Assembly: GCA_964574335.1 (NCBI GenBank)
Contig: CAZNNH010000008.1
Location: 17,707 to 81,706 of the forward strand
Length of the DNA: 64,000 nt
Source: an uncultured Acidobacteriota bacterium
GTDB lineage: Bacteria; Acidobacteriota; Vicinamibacteria; Fen-336
Reading direction: 5' to 3'
In this document: piece after piece, positions 13,949-24,128 of the stretch
Layout: each line of letters begins with the position of its first letter
Numbering within the stretch: position 1 is the first letter of the stretch
Notes under the pieces: generated by a model
The model's input: the letters and a program-made list of their open reading frames with translations, nothing else
What the model was told of the DNA's origin: nothing
The model's database searches: none
Program-made: the position numbers and the translations under genes

Positions 13949-15256
13949 TTGGTCGGCGTGGTGCTGGTGGGCCTCGCCCTGCGGCTGCTCAGCCTCCGCC
14001 TCTGGCCCCCGCTGGGGTTGCTCGGTGACGAGCGGGGCTACGTCGGCTTCGCGAAGGAGTGGGCGGGTCTGGGCGAGATCCCCCGGTTCGCGCGCGCCCC
14101 CGGCTACGTCTGGTTCGTCGGCGCCCACCTGCGCTGGCTCGCCAACGGCCTGTCGGGAGCGCGGATCGTCCAGGCCGTCCTCGGAGCGGTGAGCGCCGCC
14201 TTGCTGTTCTGGCTGGGGCGCGGTCCCCTCGGCGCGCGGCCGGCGCTGCTGGCGGCCGCCCTGTTCGCCCTCGACCCGACGCTGATCGTCTTCACCCACT
14301 ACTTCCTCAACGAGACGCTCCACCTGTTCCTGCTCCTGGCCGCCAGCCTGGTCTACCTGCGCCACCGAGCCGACTCGTCGCCTGGCGGCGGCTTCTTCGC
14401 CGGCCTGCTGTTCGGGCTGGCCAACCTGGTCAAGGCCGCCACCCTCCCCGTGGTGGCCGCGCTTCTCGCCTGGGAGACGGCTCGCCGCACCCGGTCCGGA
14501 CGGCCACCGACCCACCTCGATCGGCTCCGCGCGGTGACGCCGCTGCTGCTGGGGTGGGGCGTGGTGGTCTTTCCCTACTGCACGGTCGCCTCCCTGCGGG
14601 CCGGCGCGCCGGTGCTGGTGGACACGTCGATGGACCGGACCCTCTGGCACGGCGACCGGCTCGACTACTCGCCCGGCCTGGACTGGAGGGTGCGCTCGAA
14701 GCGCATCGACGAGACGGTGCGCCGCCAGGGGATCGAAGCCCCCCACGACGACCCGAGGCGCAGCGCCACCATCCTGCGGCAGGAGCTGTCCTTCATCGCC
14801 CGCCACCCGCTGCACTTCCTGGCCGGCATCCCCAAGAAGCTCGGCGCCCTCTGGAACCCCACCAGCTTCCTGCATCGACGGATCATGTTCGGTGCCATGC
14901 AGGGCGCCCGGCCCGGCTCGAGCACGGCCCTGGTGTTGGGGCTGCTGACGACGGTGTTCTACGTCCTGACCCTCGCCCTGGGCAGCACCGGCCTCGTCTA
15001 CTCGAGACGCAGCGACCTGCGTGGCTTCACGTTGCTCCTGCTGGCGGTGACGCTGGCGGTCCACGGCACCTTCGTCGGCATCTCCCGCTACCGGCTTCCG
15101 GTGATGCCCTTCCTCTTCCTCTTCGGCGCCGCCCTGGCCCTCGACCCGGCGCGCCTGCGTCGCGCTCGCCCCACCCAGCACCTGCTCTTGCTCGTCACCT
15201 GGGCCCTGCTCCTCTGGTCGTGGTGGCCCTACTGGCCCTTCGTGTGGCTGGCCTAG
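13949..15256 (+). CDS. Membrane glycosyltransferase, GT39/ArnT-like (PMT_2-type)
   Basis: Multi-pass membrane protein with a TTG start 12 nt after AGGAGG. The N-terminal region is typical of the ArnT/PMT dolichyl-phosphate-mannose transferase superfamily. A TTACAC-N16-TATACT promoter-like motif and a 7-bp-stem hairpin lie in the roughly 130-nt leader. Confidence 0.7.
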   Translation: MVGVVLVGLALRLLSLRLWPPLGLLGDERGYVGFAKEWAGLGEIPRFARAPGYVWFVGAHLRWLANGLSGARIVQAVLGAVSAALLFWLGRGPLGARPALLAAALFALDPTLIVFTHYFLNETLHLFLLLAASLVYLRHRADSSPGGGFFAGLLFGLANLVKAATLPVVAALLAWETARRTRSGRPPTHLDRLRAVTPLLLGWGVVVFPYCTVASLRAGAPVLVDTSMDRTLWHGDRLDYSPGLDWRVRSKRIDETVRRQGIEAPHDDPRRSATILRQELSFIARHPLHFLAGIPKKLGALWNPTSFLHRRIMFGAMQGARPGSSTALVLGLLTTVFYVLTLALGSTGLVYSRRSDLRGFTLLLLAVTLAVHGTFVGISRYRLPVMPFLFLFGAALALDPARLRRARPTQHLLLLVTWALLLWSWWPYWPFVWLA

Positions 15257-15281
15257 CGCCGGCGGCGGGGCGTCAAGGCGG

Positions 15282-15680
15282 CTAGTCGTCCTGGCCCTGG
15301 CGAGACAGCTTCCGGGCGATGACGGCGGCCAGACCCAGGGCGGGCGGGCTCTGGTAGCCCTCGACGTACCCAACCAGGAACGCCTCTCGCGGCTCCCAGC
15401 GCCGCTTCCTGAGCTCCGCCGACTCTTCGGGGCTCGGCTCCCAGGCCACCCGAATCACGTGGCCTTCCTGCCGCATCCGGAACACGGCCCCTTCGTCCTC
15501 GACCTGGACCTCGATCCCCGGCAGGACCCGGACGGCGCCGCCGTCCTCGTCGACGAGCTGGTAGGGATCCCACTCGTTGGGCCCGGTTCGTCGATAGTGC
15601 CCCAGCACACGGGCGTCCAGGGCGTGAGTGGTGCGGGCGTTGGGATCGAGCACGTCCCGCGAGTCGACCAGGCGGCACAT
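15282..15680 (-). CDS. Hypothetical protein (132 aa)
   Basis: The ORF has coding-like composition, but there is no clear SD upstream of its ATG. Confidence 0.4.
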   Translation of the reverse strand: MCRLVDSRDVLDPNARTTHALDARVLGHYRRTGPNEWDPYQLVDEDGGAVRVLPGIEVQVEDEGAVFRMRQEGHVIRVAWEPSPEESAELRKRRWEPREAFLVGYVEGYQSPPALGLAAVIARKLSRQGQDD

Positions 15681-15750
15681 GATGGAGGTCCCGGTCGTGT
15701 AGCATACGCCAGCGGGCGCCGTGCCATGAGCGGCGGACGAAGGAGAGTGG

Positions 15751-16146
15751 ATGCGAGCCGTCTACCTGGGTGCCTGGTTCCTGCTGCTGGTGGTGGCCTT
15801 CGTGAACGGAGCGCTGCGCGCCATCCTGTTCGAGAGTTGGCTGGGCGAGCTGCGCGCCCATCAGCTCTCGTGCCTCACCGGTATCACGCTGTTCGGGGTG
15901 GTGATCTACGGGGTGGTCCGGCGCTGGCCGCCCCGCTCGGACGCCGAGGCCCTTCGCATCGGCGTGGCCTGGCTGGTGATGACCGTCGCCTTCGAGTTCC
16001 TGTTCTTCCACTACGTGAGCGGGATCTCGTGGGAGAAGCTGCGGGAGGCCTACGACCTGCCCTCCGGCCGGCTGTGGCCGCTGGTCCTGGTCTGGGTGAC
16101 CACGGCGCCCTTCGTCCTGCATCGCCTGGCGAGACGCGCCCGCTGA
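15751..16146 (+). CDS. Small integral membrane protein (4 predicted TM helices)
   Basis: AAGGAGAG lies 4 nt upstream of the ATG, and the protein is hydrophobic throughout. Confidence 0.5.
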   Translation: MRAVYLGAWFLLLVVAFVNGALRAILFESWLGELRAHQLSCLTGITLFGVVIYGVVRRWPPRSDAEALRIGVAWLVMTVAFEFLFFHYVSGISWEKLREAYDLPSGRLWPLVLVWVTTAPFVLHRLARRAR

Positions 16147-16164
16147 GGCGCTGGGTATGGTCAC

Positions 16165-18576
16165 ATGAAGAACCGTTCCCGCCCCTCCCTTCGGCTGGTC
16201 ACGCCGGCGCTGACGCTGTCCGTCCTGGTGCTGTCCGGAGCCACCACGATGGCCTCCGACCCGCTCCGCCTCTACTACCTCCAGCCCGCCGGCGAGTGGA
16301 CCGAGGGGCTGCCGGTCGGGAACGGCCGTCTGGGGGCGATGGTGATGGGCGGCGTGGCCACCGAGCGCCTCCAGCTCGACCAGGAGACGATCTGGGCCGG
16401 GCCGCCGGTCCCGGAGCCCGTTGCCGACGGAGCGCCGCTGGTCCGGGAGGCACGACAGGCCTGGTTCGCCGGCGACTACGCCAAGGCCCACGAGCGGATG
16501 CGCCGGGTGATGAGCCCGGACATCGGTCCCCGCAGCCACCAGACGCTGGGCGACCTGTGGCTCGACATGGGTCACGGGGGCGGGGCCCGGGACTACGTCC
16601 GCCAGCTCGACCTCGACGGCGCGGTGGCCACGACCCGGTACCGGATCGGTGACATCGGGTACGTCCGCGAGGTCTTCGCCAGCCATCCCGACCGGGTGCT
16701 GGTGGTCCGGCTGACGGCGGACCGACCGGGGGCGATCGACGTCGACGTGCGCCTCACCCGCCCCGTCGACGCCGAGGTGGCAGTCCTCGACGACACCACG
16801 CTCGCCATGCGGGGCCGCGCCCAGCACGACGGCAAGCAGCTCGGCGTGCGGTTCGAGACCCGGCTGCGCGCGTGGGTCGACGGGGGCGGCGTGTCACGCC
16901 GCGACGGCGCTCTGCACGTGGGCCACGCCGACGCGGTCCTGCTGCTGTTGGCCGCCGCCACCGATTTCAACTACCACGACCCGTACCAGCCACGACACGC
17001 CGATCTGGGCGCCGAGTGCGACGCCACTCTCCGAGCGGCGGCGGCCTGGCCCTACCCGCAGCTCCTGTCCCGCCACCAGGAAGACCACCGGAGCCTCTTC
17101 CGCCGCGTCTTTCTGGACCTCGGCCCGCCACCCGATCCGCCACTTCCCACCGACCGGCGGCTGGCCGCCGTCCAGGCCGGAGCCAGCGACCCGGCGCTGG
17201 TGGCCCTGTACTTCCAGTATGGGCGCTACCTGCTGATCGCCTCCTCGCGGCCCGGCGATCTCCCGGCCAACCTGCAGGGGATCTGGAACGACCAGATCGA
17301 AGCGCCCTGGAACGCCGACTACCACATCAACATCAACCTCCAGATGAACTACTGGCCGGCGGAGGTCACCAACCTGGCCGAATGCCACCAACCGTTCTTC
17401 CGCTTCGTGGAAGGGCTGGTCCCGAGCGGGCGGGAGACGGCGCGAAAGGTCTACGGGGCCTCTGGGTTCGTGGCCCACCAGACCACCGACGTCTGGCGCT
17501 GGACGGCGCCGATCGGGGAGCTGGTCTGGGGGATGTTCCCCCACGGCGGCGGCTGGTGCACCCGGCCGTTCATGGAGCACTACCGCTTCGGCGGCGACCT
17601 CGACTTCCTCCGCCAGCGCGCCTACCCGATCCTCACCGAGGCCGCCCGCTTCTACCTGGACTGGCTTGCCGAGCACCCGGAGACCCATGAGCTGGTCGGC
17701 GGGCCCAGCAGCTCCCCCGAGAACACCTACCTGGGGCCGGACGGCCGGCGCTACTCGTTGTCGATGGGCGGGGCGATGGACCAGGAGATCGTCTGGGACG
17801 TCTTCTCGAACACCCTCGAGGCCGCCGCGGCGCTGGGGGTGGAGGACGACCTGGTGGCACGGGTCCGATCGGCACGTGACCGCCTCGCGCCGCCCCGGGT
17901 GGGCCCCGACGGCCGGCTGATGGAGTGGGCGCTTCCATTCCAGGAGGCGGAGCCGGGACACCGCCACGTCTCCCACCTGTTCGGCCTGCACCCGGGACGG
18001 CAGCTCACCCAGAGCACGCCCGAGCTGCTCGCCGCCGCGCGCCGCTCCCTCGAAGACCGCCTGGCGCACGGCGGCGGCCACACCGGATGGAGCCGCGCCT
18101 GGCTGATCAACCTGTTCGCCCGGCTGCACGACGGCGACGCCGCCGGCGAGCACGTGCGGCTGCTGCTCGCCAAGTCGACGCTGCCCAACCTGTTCGACAA
18201 CCACCCCCCGTTCCAGATCGACGGCAACTTCGGCGGCACCGCCGGGATCGCCGAGATGCTCCTGCAGAGCCACGCCGGCGAGATCGAGCTGCTGCCGGCG
18301 CTGCCCGTGGCGTGGCCGAACGGCTCGGTCCGCGGCCTGCGGGCGCGGGGTAGCGTGGAGGTGGACCTGGCCTGGCGGGACGGCCGCGCCGTCTCGGCCG
18401 AGCTGCGGGCCACCCGCGACGGAAGCCACACGGTCCGCGCGCCAGACGGGCAGGCGTTCAGGTCGGTCACCTGCGCGGGCGAGGAGATGCCACTGGCGGC
18501 GGACCGGGCTGAGGTCGTCGGCCTATCGCTCACGCCAGGCGAGTCCTGTCGAGTGGCCTTCCGAGGCGAGAGCTAG
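16165..18576 (+). CDS. Glycoside hydrolase family 95 (alpha-L-fucosidase-like)
   Basis: N-terminal signal peptide. The GH95 hallmark motif [18 protein letters not shown] is present, and the length of about 800 aa matches GH95. Confidence 0.85.
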   Translation: MKNRSRPSLRLVTPALTLSVLVLSGATTMASDPLRLYYLQPAGEWTEGLPVGNGRLGAMVMGGVATERLQLDQETIWAGPPVPEPVADGAPLVREARQAWFAGDYAKAHERMRRVMSPDIGPRSHQTLGDLWLDMGHGGGARDYVRQLDLDGAVATTRYRIGDIGYVREVFASHPDRVLVVRLTADRPGAIDVDVRLTRPVDAEVAVLDDTTLAMRGRAQHDGKQLGVRFETRLRAWVDGGGVSRRDGALHVGHADAVLLLLAAATDFNYHDPYQPRHADLGAECDATLRAAAAWPYPQLLSRHQEDHRSLFRRVFLDLGPPPDPPLPTDRRLAAVQAGASDPALVALYFQYGRYLLIASSRPGDLPANLQGIWNDQIEAPWNADYHININLQMNYWPAEVTNLAECHQPFFRFVEGLVPSGRETARKVYGASGFVAHQTTDVWRWTAPIGELVWGMFPHGGGWCTRPFMEHYRFGGDLDFLRQRAYPILTEAARFYLDWLAEHPETHELVGGPSSSPENTYLGPDGRRYSLSMGGAMDQEIVWDVFSNTLEAAAALGVEDDLVARVRSARDRLAPPRVGPDGRLMEWALPFQEAEPGHRHVSHLFGLHPGRQLTQSTPELLAAARRSLEDRLAHGGGHTGWSRAWLINLFARLHDGDAAGEHVRLLLAKSTLPNLFDNHPPFQIDGNFGGTAGIAEMLLQSHAGEIELLPALPVAWPNGSVRGLRARGSVEVDLAWRDGRAVSAELRATRDGSHTVRAPDGQAFRSVTCAGEEMPLAADRAEVVGLSLTPGESCRVAFRGES

Positions 18577-18578
18577 CG

Positions 18579-19034
18579 ATGCAGAGCGAAGCCATCCGAC
18601 GCATGGCGTCCCTGGAGTTCCTGCTGGGAGAGTGGGAGCTCGCCTACTCCTACTCGCTCGAGGCCGGCGGCCCGACCCTCACGGACCTGGCGGGCAGCGG
18701 GACGATCCGCTCGACCCTCGGCGGCACCCATCTCACCTTCGACTACCAGGTCCGCAGGCAGGAGACCGGCGAGCCCGCTGGGTCGGCCCACGGAGTCTTC
18801 GCGTGGGATGCCGCGGCTGAGGGATACCGCTACTTCTGGTTCGAGAGCTCCGGGTCCTTTCGGCAAGCTATGGCCCACCTGCGCGACACACGCACGCTGT
18901 TCCTGGACTGGGAAGGCGACGACTGCACCCAGACCTTCCAGCGCGTGGATGACGACACGATAGTGCTGGAGATGACCTGTCCCAGCCAGGGACGCACGCT
19001 CCAAGTCGACATGAAGCGCCGACCCGGCAAGTGA
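18579..19034 (+). CDS. DUF1579-like hypothetical protein
   Basis: The ATG is 2 nt after the GH95 stop. LEFLLGEWEL... resembles DUF1579. Confidence 0.5.
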   Translation: MQSEAIRRMASLEFLLGEWELAYSYSLEAGGPTLTDLAGSGTIRSTLGGTHLTFDYQVRRQETGEPAGSAHGVFAWDAAAEGYRYFWFESSGSFRQAMAHLRDTRTLFLDWEGDDCTQTFQRVDDDTIVLEMTCPSQGRTLQVDMKRRPGK

Positions 19035-19101
19035 CCCCCCCGGGGACATGACCGGATTCGCACCGTCATGCCGGCGAATCCGGATCGTGTCCCCCGCGAG
19101 A

Positions 19102-20796
19102 TCACAGCGGCGGCAGCGCCTTGCGGGCCTCCCCGTCGGGGTCGTTCCTGACCACGCTGTCGTCGTCGAGGACCATGGTCTCGCCGTTGGCCGAGGTGTA
19201 CCTCGGCCAGGCCGGGAGCCCGCCCCCGTTGGGATCGCCGGTCTTCATGAACTGGACCAGGGACCCGGCCATCTTGGCAGCCAGGGCCCGCGGCCGCAGG
19301 CCGCCCCCGGTGTGGGTCAGCATCAGGTCGGTGTTGTGGAACCAGAAGCAGATGTCCACGCAGTGGAAGGCGCCGATGCGCCCGTCGAAGAGCGGCGGCT
19401 GCCAGCCGAACCAGGCCACGTAGACCGGCGCGGGCTGCTTGGCCTTGGCGTCGGCCACCGCCACCAGGCCCTGCCGGTTGCTGCTCACCAGCGACCAGAT
19501 CTCGGCCGGCTTCTTGTCGGGGAAGACCTTGGCGTAGGCCTCGACCACCGCCTTGGCCTGGTCGCCGAAACCGCGGCCGAAGCCGGCGCGGTCCTTGACC
19601 TTCTCCGCGACGTCGTCCAGCGTCATCTCGTCGAGCTTCTTGTCGAGCCAGGCCGGCGCGTGCTCGTTGAGCGTCGAGCAGAGGATCAACGGCACCTCGG
19701 CCGCGGTGGGGGCCGCCGCCGGATAGTAGGGGTGCTGCGGCAGGACGACGCCGTCGACCACCGGGCTGAAGCCACGACGCCGCGAACGTCCCGGCGGGGG
19801 CAGCTCCTGGTTGAGCTTCCGGAGGGCCTGGGTGGCAACGGCATAGTAGTCCTTCCAGGGCATCGCCTGCAGCTTGCCCAGCTCGGCCGGCGACAACCCC
19901 GCCTCCTCGAGAACGTAGGCCCCCAGCTTCTCGGCGTCGTCCTTCTCGTTCATCTGAAGGGCCACGCCGCTCAGGGCCACCGCCTTGTGGAACAGGCCCT
20001 TGGCCTCCGGCATCGCGGTCAGCATACAGACCTTGGCGCCGCCCCCCGACTGGCCGATGATCGTGACGTTCCCCGGGTCCCCACCGAAGCCCGCGATGTT
20101 GTCGCGCACCCATTGGAGGGCGGCGACGATGTCGAGCATGCCGACGTTGCCTGACGCCGCATACGCCTCACCGCCCACCCCGGCCAGGTCGCAGTAGCCG
20201 AGGGGCCCGAGTCGGTGGTTGAGCGAGCAGAACACCACGTCGCCGAAGCGGGCCAGGTTCTCGCCGTTGTAGCCGTCGTGCTCGATGCCATTGCCGGCGG
20301 TGAAGCCGCCGCCGTGCAGCCAGACCAGGACCGGGCGCTTCTTCCCGTCCCCGACCGCCGGCGTGAAGACGTTGATCCGAAGGCAGTCCTCGCTGACGTC
20401 GTAGTAGTTCCAGTGGTCGCGGAAGGCGTAGTACGGGTTGGCGAACCGGCCCTCCATGTCCTGGGGAGCCGACGGCCCCCACCAGACGGCGGGAAAGACG
20501 TCCGTCCACGGCTTCGGGGGTCGGGGCGGCATGAACCGGTTGGCGCCCGAGGTCTCCGCGCCGTAGGGGACCCCGAGGAAGTAGTGGATGCCTCGAAGCA
20601 GGTACCCCTGGACCTTCCCGTGCTGGGTGTCGGCGATCGCCACCTCGCTGCCGAAACGAAGGACCGGCCCGTCCTCCCCCGCCTCGCCCGCTGCCGACGC
20701 CCGCGCCGAGACGGGCGACAGGCCCTCTGCGCCGATGGTCAGGCCGGCGGCTCCCGCGCCGACGCTCTTGAAGAAGTTGCGCCTGGTCGGTTGCAT
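19102..20796 (-). CDS. Carboxylesterase type B family (Tat-signal secreted)
   Basis: Twin-arginine-like N-terminus (RRNFFKSVGAGAAGL), the oxyanion-hole region VLVWLHGGGF, and the nucleophile elbow GQSGGG. Confidence 0.85.
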   Translation of the reverse strand: MQPTRRNFFKSVGAGAAGLTIGAEGLSPVSARASAAGEAGEDGPVLRFGSEVAIADTQHGKVQGYLLRGIHYFLGVPYGAETSGANRFMPPRPPKPWTDVFPAVWWGPSAPQDMEGRFANPYYAFRDHWNYYDVSEDCLRINVFTPAVGDGKKRPVLVWLHGGGFTAGNGIEHDGYNGENLARFGDVVFCSLNHRLGPLGYCDLAGVGGEAYAASGNVGMLDIVAALQWVRDNIAGFGGDPGNVTIIGQSGGGAKVCMLTAMPEAKGLFHKAVALSGVALQMNEKDDAEKLGAYVLEEAGLSPAELGKLQAMPWKDYYAVATQALRKLNQELPPPGRSRRRGFSPVVDGVVLPQHPYYPAAAPTAAEVPLILCSTLNEHAPAWLDKKLDEMTLDDVAEKVKDRAGFGRGFGDQAKAVVEAYAKVFPDKKPAEIWSLVSSNRQGLVAVADAKAKQPAPVYVAWFGWQPPLFDGRIGAFHCVDICFWFHNTDLMLTHTGGGLRPRALAAKMAGSLVQFMKTGDPNGGGLPAWPRYTSANGETMVLDDDSVVRNDPDGEARKALPPL

Positions 20797-20857
20797 CGTG
20801 ATAGACCCTCCCCTCGTGACGGTTTCGGGGGCAGCCTAGCGCCTCGGGTGAAGTGGG

Positions 20858-21454
20858 TCAACGGACCTCGCCGGTGCCGCCTCCACGAAGCGCATCGGCG
20901 AGGTCGCGCCAGAGCCTCTCGAAGGACGGAGCGCGCCGCGCTTCTTCCAGGTCGAACTCCGCTGTCATGGCGGTTTGGTCGAGCGTCTCTCGATAGCGCC
21001 CGACCATCTGGCTGCTCAACCATCCCTTGGCGTCCCGGATCGTCTCGGGCTGGGCGGGTGGCCGGAGGTCGGAGGGGAGTCCCCGCTTTCCGGCCAGCGA
21101 CCTGGCCGCCGCCAGGAACCAGGACTCGTACTCTGCCTTGGCGATCACGACGTAGATCCGGCGATCAGCCCTGGCTCGTTTGGCACGCTCGAGTAAGTCA
21201 GGGCCGAGCCGAGCGGGGCACTCGTCGTCGGCATCGACCATGAAGAAGATCGCTCCCGTTGGGCCGCTCTGGCGTGCCGCCAGCTCGGTCACGCGCTCGA
21301 CCTCACCGCTCCTCAACAGCCGGCTCTTCGGCAACCGAATCGGATGCCGGACGTCGATCGTCACGTCTGGTGCCAGGATCGAGGCTGCTCTGCGCAGGAG
21401 AAGGGGGGCGGCCCCCACCTCGCCGTACCCCTCCACGACGGCGACCAGCCTCAT
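20858..21454 (-). CDS. DUF4276-family (TOPRIM-like) protein, predicted nuclease partner of the upstream ATPase
   Basis: N-terminal VVEGYGE matches the DUF4276/TOPRIM acidic motif, and DADDE matches DxD. The protein is about 200 aa. Its start shares nt 21454 with the stop of the ATPase gene. Confidence 0.7.
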   Translation of the reverse strand: MRLVAVVEGYGEVGAAPLLLRRAASILAPDVTIDVRHPIRLPKSRLLRSGEVERVTELAARQSGPTGAIFFMVDADDECPARLGPDLLERAKRARADRRIYVVIAKAEYESWFLAAARSLAGKRGLPSDLRPPAQPETIRDAKGWLSSQMVGRYRETLDQTAMTAEFDLEEARRAPSFERLWRDLADALRGGGTGEVR

Positions 21455-22647
21455 CAGGCCTCGAGCCCGAAGAGTCTCAGTTGCGTCGGCTCGACTCGGG
21501 CAGCTTCCGGGTCGGGCCGGATTTGGTCCATGCGCAGAAGCTCGCCTGGCGTGTACAGACGGTCGCGGAGGATCGACCGGCCGGCCGAGTCGAGCCCTCC
21601 GATCAGCGTCTTTCCGCGTTCGGCCACGACCGCCAGCAGAGAGCCATCCGGGATGGACTCGTTGTCGAGCAGATCCGGGCTGTGGCTCGTGACCAGCACC
21701 TGCGCATGCTCGCTGGCGTCCTGGAGGGCGTCCGTCAACACGGTGGCGGCGGCTGGATGGAGCGCGATCTCAGGCTCCTCGATCCCAACGAGATGCCTCT
21801 GTGACGTCCCATTGCCCGCCCGCTGGAACAGCGCCACCAGGACCCCGAACGCACGCAGGGTCCCATCTGACATCCCCGCAGCGTAGAAGCGCCAGGGATG
21901 AGGGGCGCCGACATCCTGGGAGAAGGCCAGGGTCTCCTTCGGCCCGACGACCACACGGTCCACGCCGACAACCCCCGGTACCACCCGCGACAGATACTCT
22001 TCGATCCGTTGCTTCAGATCCGGAGCCCGCCTGGACAAGGCCTCCAGGACGCTCGCGATGTTGCCGCCGTCCCTGTTCAGCAGCTCACCTGGATCGGGGG
22101 CCTGGAGGTCCCGAATCGACTCGGGATTGAGGTTGTAGAAGCCCATGCCGGCCAGGGCGTCGTAGAGCGGCCGAAACGCGCCTATTCCGGACATGCTGAC
22201 CAGGTAGAGACGGTCTGCTGCCGGAGCCGGAGCGTTGACCACGCTGCAGCGCTGGACCTCGCCGTTCGCCACCTCGTAGACGTGCTCGACAGAGCCTTGC
22301 CGGATCAGGCACTCCTCGCGCTGGACCGCGTAGGCTGCTTCTCGCTTGGCGCCGATGTCAAAAGCGTAGTGGCCGGTCTCCCCGCCGGGCAGCGCGAACT
22401 CGAGACGGATCCCCAGGTGCGTCGGGTGTCCACCGGATCTCCTCCGAACCTCGTTGATCCCACCGCGGTCACGGAGGGCGTGGTCGAGGGAGTATCGGAT
22501 CGAGTCGCCGACGAACCGAAGGGCGTCGAGGAAGTTGCTCTTGCCGGAGCCGTTCGGGCCGACGAGGATGCTGAGCTGCCCCAGGTCGACGGTGCATGCC
22601 GCGATGCTCTTGTAGTGGCGGAGGGTGACTCTGGTGAGTAGCTGCAT
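21454..22647 (-). CDS. ABC-type AAA ATPase (AAA_21/OLD-like, SMC-fold)
   Basis: Walker A GPNGSGKSN, an ABC-signature-like MSDGTLR, Walker B/D-loop LVGIEEPEIALHP, and H-loop TSHSP. This architecture matches OLD, GajA, AriA and PtuA family ATPases. Confidence 0.8.
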   Translation of the reverse strand: MQLLTRVTLRHYKSIAACTVDLGQLSILVGPNGSGKSNFLDALRFVGDSIRYSLDHALRDRGGINEVRRRSGGHPTHLGIRLEFALPGGETGHYAFDIGAKREAAYAVQREECLIRQGSVEHVYEVANGEVQRCSVVNAPAPAADRLYLVSMSGIGAFRPLYDALAGMGFYNLNPESIRDLQAPDPGELLNRDGGNIASVLEALSRRAPDLKQRIEEYLSRVVPGVVGVDRVVVGPKETLAFSQDVGAPHPWRFYAAGMSDGTLRAFGVLVALFQRAGNGTSQRHLVGIEEPEIALHPAAATVLTDALQDASEHAQVLVTSHSPDLLDNESIPDGSLLAVVAERGKTLIGGLDSAGRSILRDRLYTPGELLRMDQIRPDPEAARVEPTQLRLFGLEA

Positions 22648-22865
22648 CAGGCGTTTCCTTGCCGGAGCGACCGTCCCGGCCTGCCGCCGTGGTCGCCTCA
22701 GTCTAGATCTCGCCGGGCAGCCACTGCAACGCGGCTCGCCTGCCCACCCGGATCAGGCGCTAGGTCTTCGCCAGACCCAGTTTCGCCGCCATGTGGCGTC
22801 ACCCCCAGCCGAGAAAGGTGACAATCCACTGAAACCTTCCGCGGCCTCGTGAGTATGGAGAGGGC

Positions 22866-23954
22866 GTGGAGACCACCGCGACGGTCCGGGAGAGGCCGAT
22901 GGACGAGCCGGGACGAGAGACGCCCACCGAAAAGGACCCGGAGGCCCACACCCGGCTCCTGCTGCCCGCCGCAGCCGCCATGGTCCTGGCTCTGGTCCTG
23001 CTCACCCCCGCCCGCTACCTGAACCTCCCCCGCTACCTGCAGACCCGGGCTGCCGTCAAGGACGCCAACAAGGCTTACTCCGACGAGGACTTCCAGACCG
23101 CCGCTTCGCTCTACGAGAAGGTGACCGAGCTCGAACCCGGCAACGCCGCGGCCAGCTTCTACCTGGCCAGCTCGCACCAGGCACTGTACCGTCCGGCGCA
23201 ACGGGGCGAGGCCGAGAACGACCATCACCTGGCACTCGCGGTCGACGGCTACCGGAGGGTCCTCGATCTGGCGACCGGCCCCGGTGAGCGGGACGCGACG
23301 CTGCGCCGGAACGCCCTGGCGGCACTGTCGGCGATCTATGCCGACGAGCCCTACCGCGACTACGACACCGCCATCCGGTACGCGAACCAGCTCGTCCGGC
23401 AGGCTCCAGACGACGTCAAGAACCTCTTCGCCACCGCCAACCTGTACGAGAGGTTCGGGCGGACCGACCTGGCCGAGAAGGCCTACCTGCGGGCGTGGGA
23501 ACTCCACCCGCAGGACGCCCGGGCTTGCGGGGCGCTGGCGGCGTTCTACAACAAGGCGCTGTGGGACGCTGCCTCACGCTTCGATGATGCCGTCCGCGTG
23601 CTCGAGCGGTGCGCCGCGCTCGATCCCGGCGATGCGACCGGCTTCTACAAGGTGGCGACCTTCTACTGGGACAAGGCATTCCGAGACCCCACGCTGACCG
23701 ACGAGCAGAAGAGCGCCTATGCCGACAAGGGGCTCGCGGCCGTCGACAAGGCCCTCGATCTGAAGCACGACTACATCGACGCCATCGTCTACAAGGGCCT
23801 CTTGCTCCGGGTCAAGGCCCAGACCACGCGTGACCGGCGCCTGGCGTTCCAGCTCCTCGAGCAGGCCCAGGTGCTCCAGAAGCTATCGCTGGACCTGCAT
23901 CGCGAGCAGGCGGAGCACACTCAGCCGCAGGCTCCCGGCGAGGCGACACCGTAG
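22866..23954 (+). CDS. TPR-repeat protein with N-terminal transmembrane segment
   Basis: Hydrophobic segment LLLPAAAAMVLALVLL followed by multiple TPR-like helices. Confidence 0.65.
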   Translation: METTATVRERPMDEPGRETPTEKDPEAHTRLLLPAAAAMVLALVLLTPARYLNLPRYLQTRAAVKDANKAYSDEDFQTAASLYEKVTELEPGNAAASFYLASSHQALYRPAQRGEAENDHHLALAVDGYRRVLDLATGPGERDATLRRNALAALSAIYADEPYRDYDTAIRYANQLVRQAPDDVKNLFATANLYERFGRTDLAEKAYLRAWELHPQDARACGALAAFYNKALWDAASRFDDAVRVLERCAALDPGDATGFYKVATFYWDKAFRDPTLTDEQKSAYADKGLAAVDKALDLKHDYIDAIVYKGLLLRVKAQTTRDRRLAFQLLEQAQVLQKLSLDLHREQAEHTQPQAPGEATP

Positions 23955-23995
23955 CGGGCCCCTCCCGGGGGACACCATCCGGGTTCAGGGCTTCG

Positions 23996-24048
23996 GGGGA
24001 CACGATCCGGGTTTCGCTGCACGACGGGCGAAACCCGCTCATGTCCCC
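23996..24048. repeat. 52-bp palindromic (stem-loop) repeat, copy 1. A degenerate half-copy lies at about 23967-23990.
   Basis: GGGGACACGATCCGGGTTTCGCTGCACGACGGGCGAAACCCGCTCATGTCCCC has nested inverted repeats (GGGGACA/TGTCCCC and CCGGGTTTCG/CGAAACCCGG). It is near-identical (1 mismatch) to the copy at 25956-26008. Confidence 0.8.
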
Positions 24049-24128
24049 CAAAGGCGCATAATCACCGGAGGTGGCGTGGGCCTGGCCGGAAACGCGCCTG
24101 CCAGGCCCACGCCGCTTGGGGGTGATCC

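Noticed and set aside
15253-18429. Long minus-strand ORFs (15253-16827, 16894-18429) overlapping the small membrane protein and GH95 genes
   Set aside because: They are antisense to well-supported plus-strand genes with clear motifs and RBS, and their products are Arg/Pro/Gly-rich nonsense.
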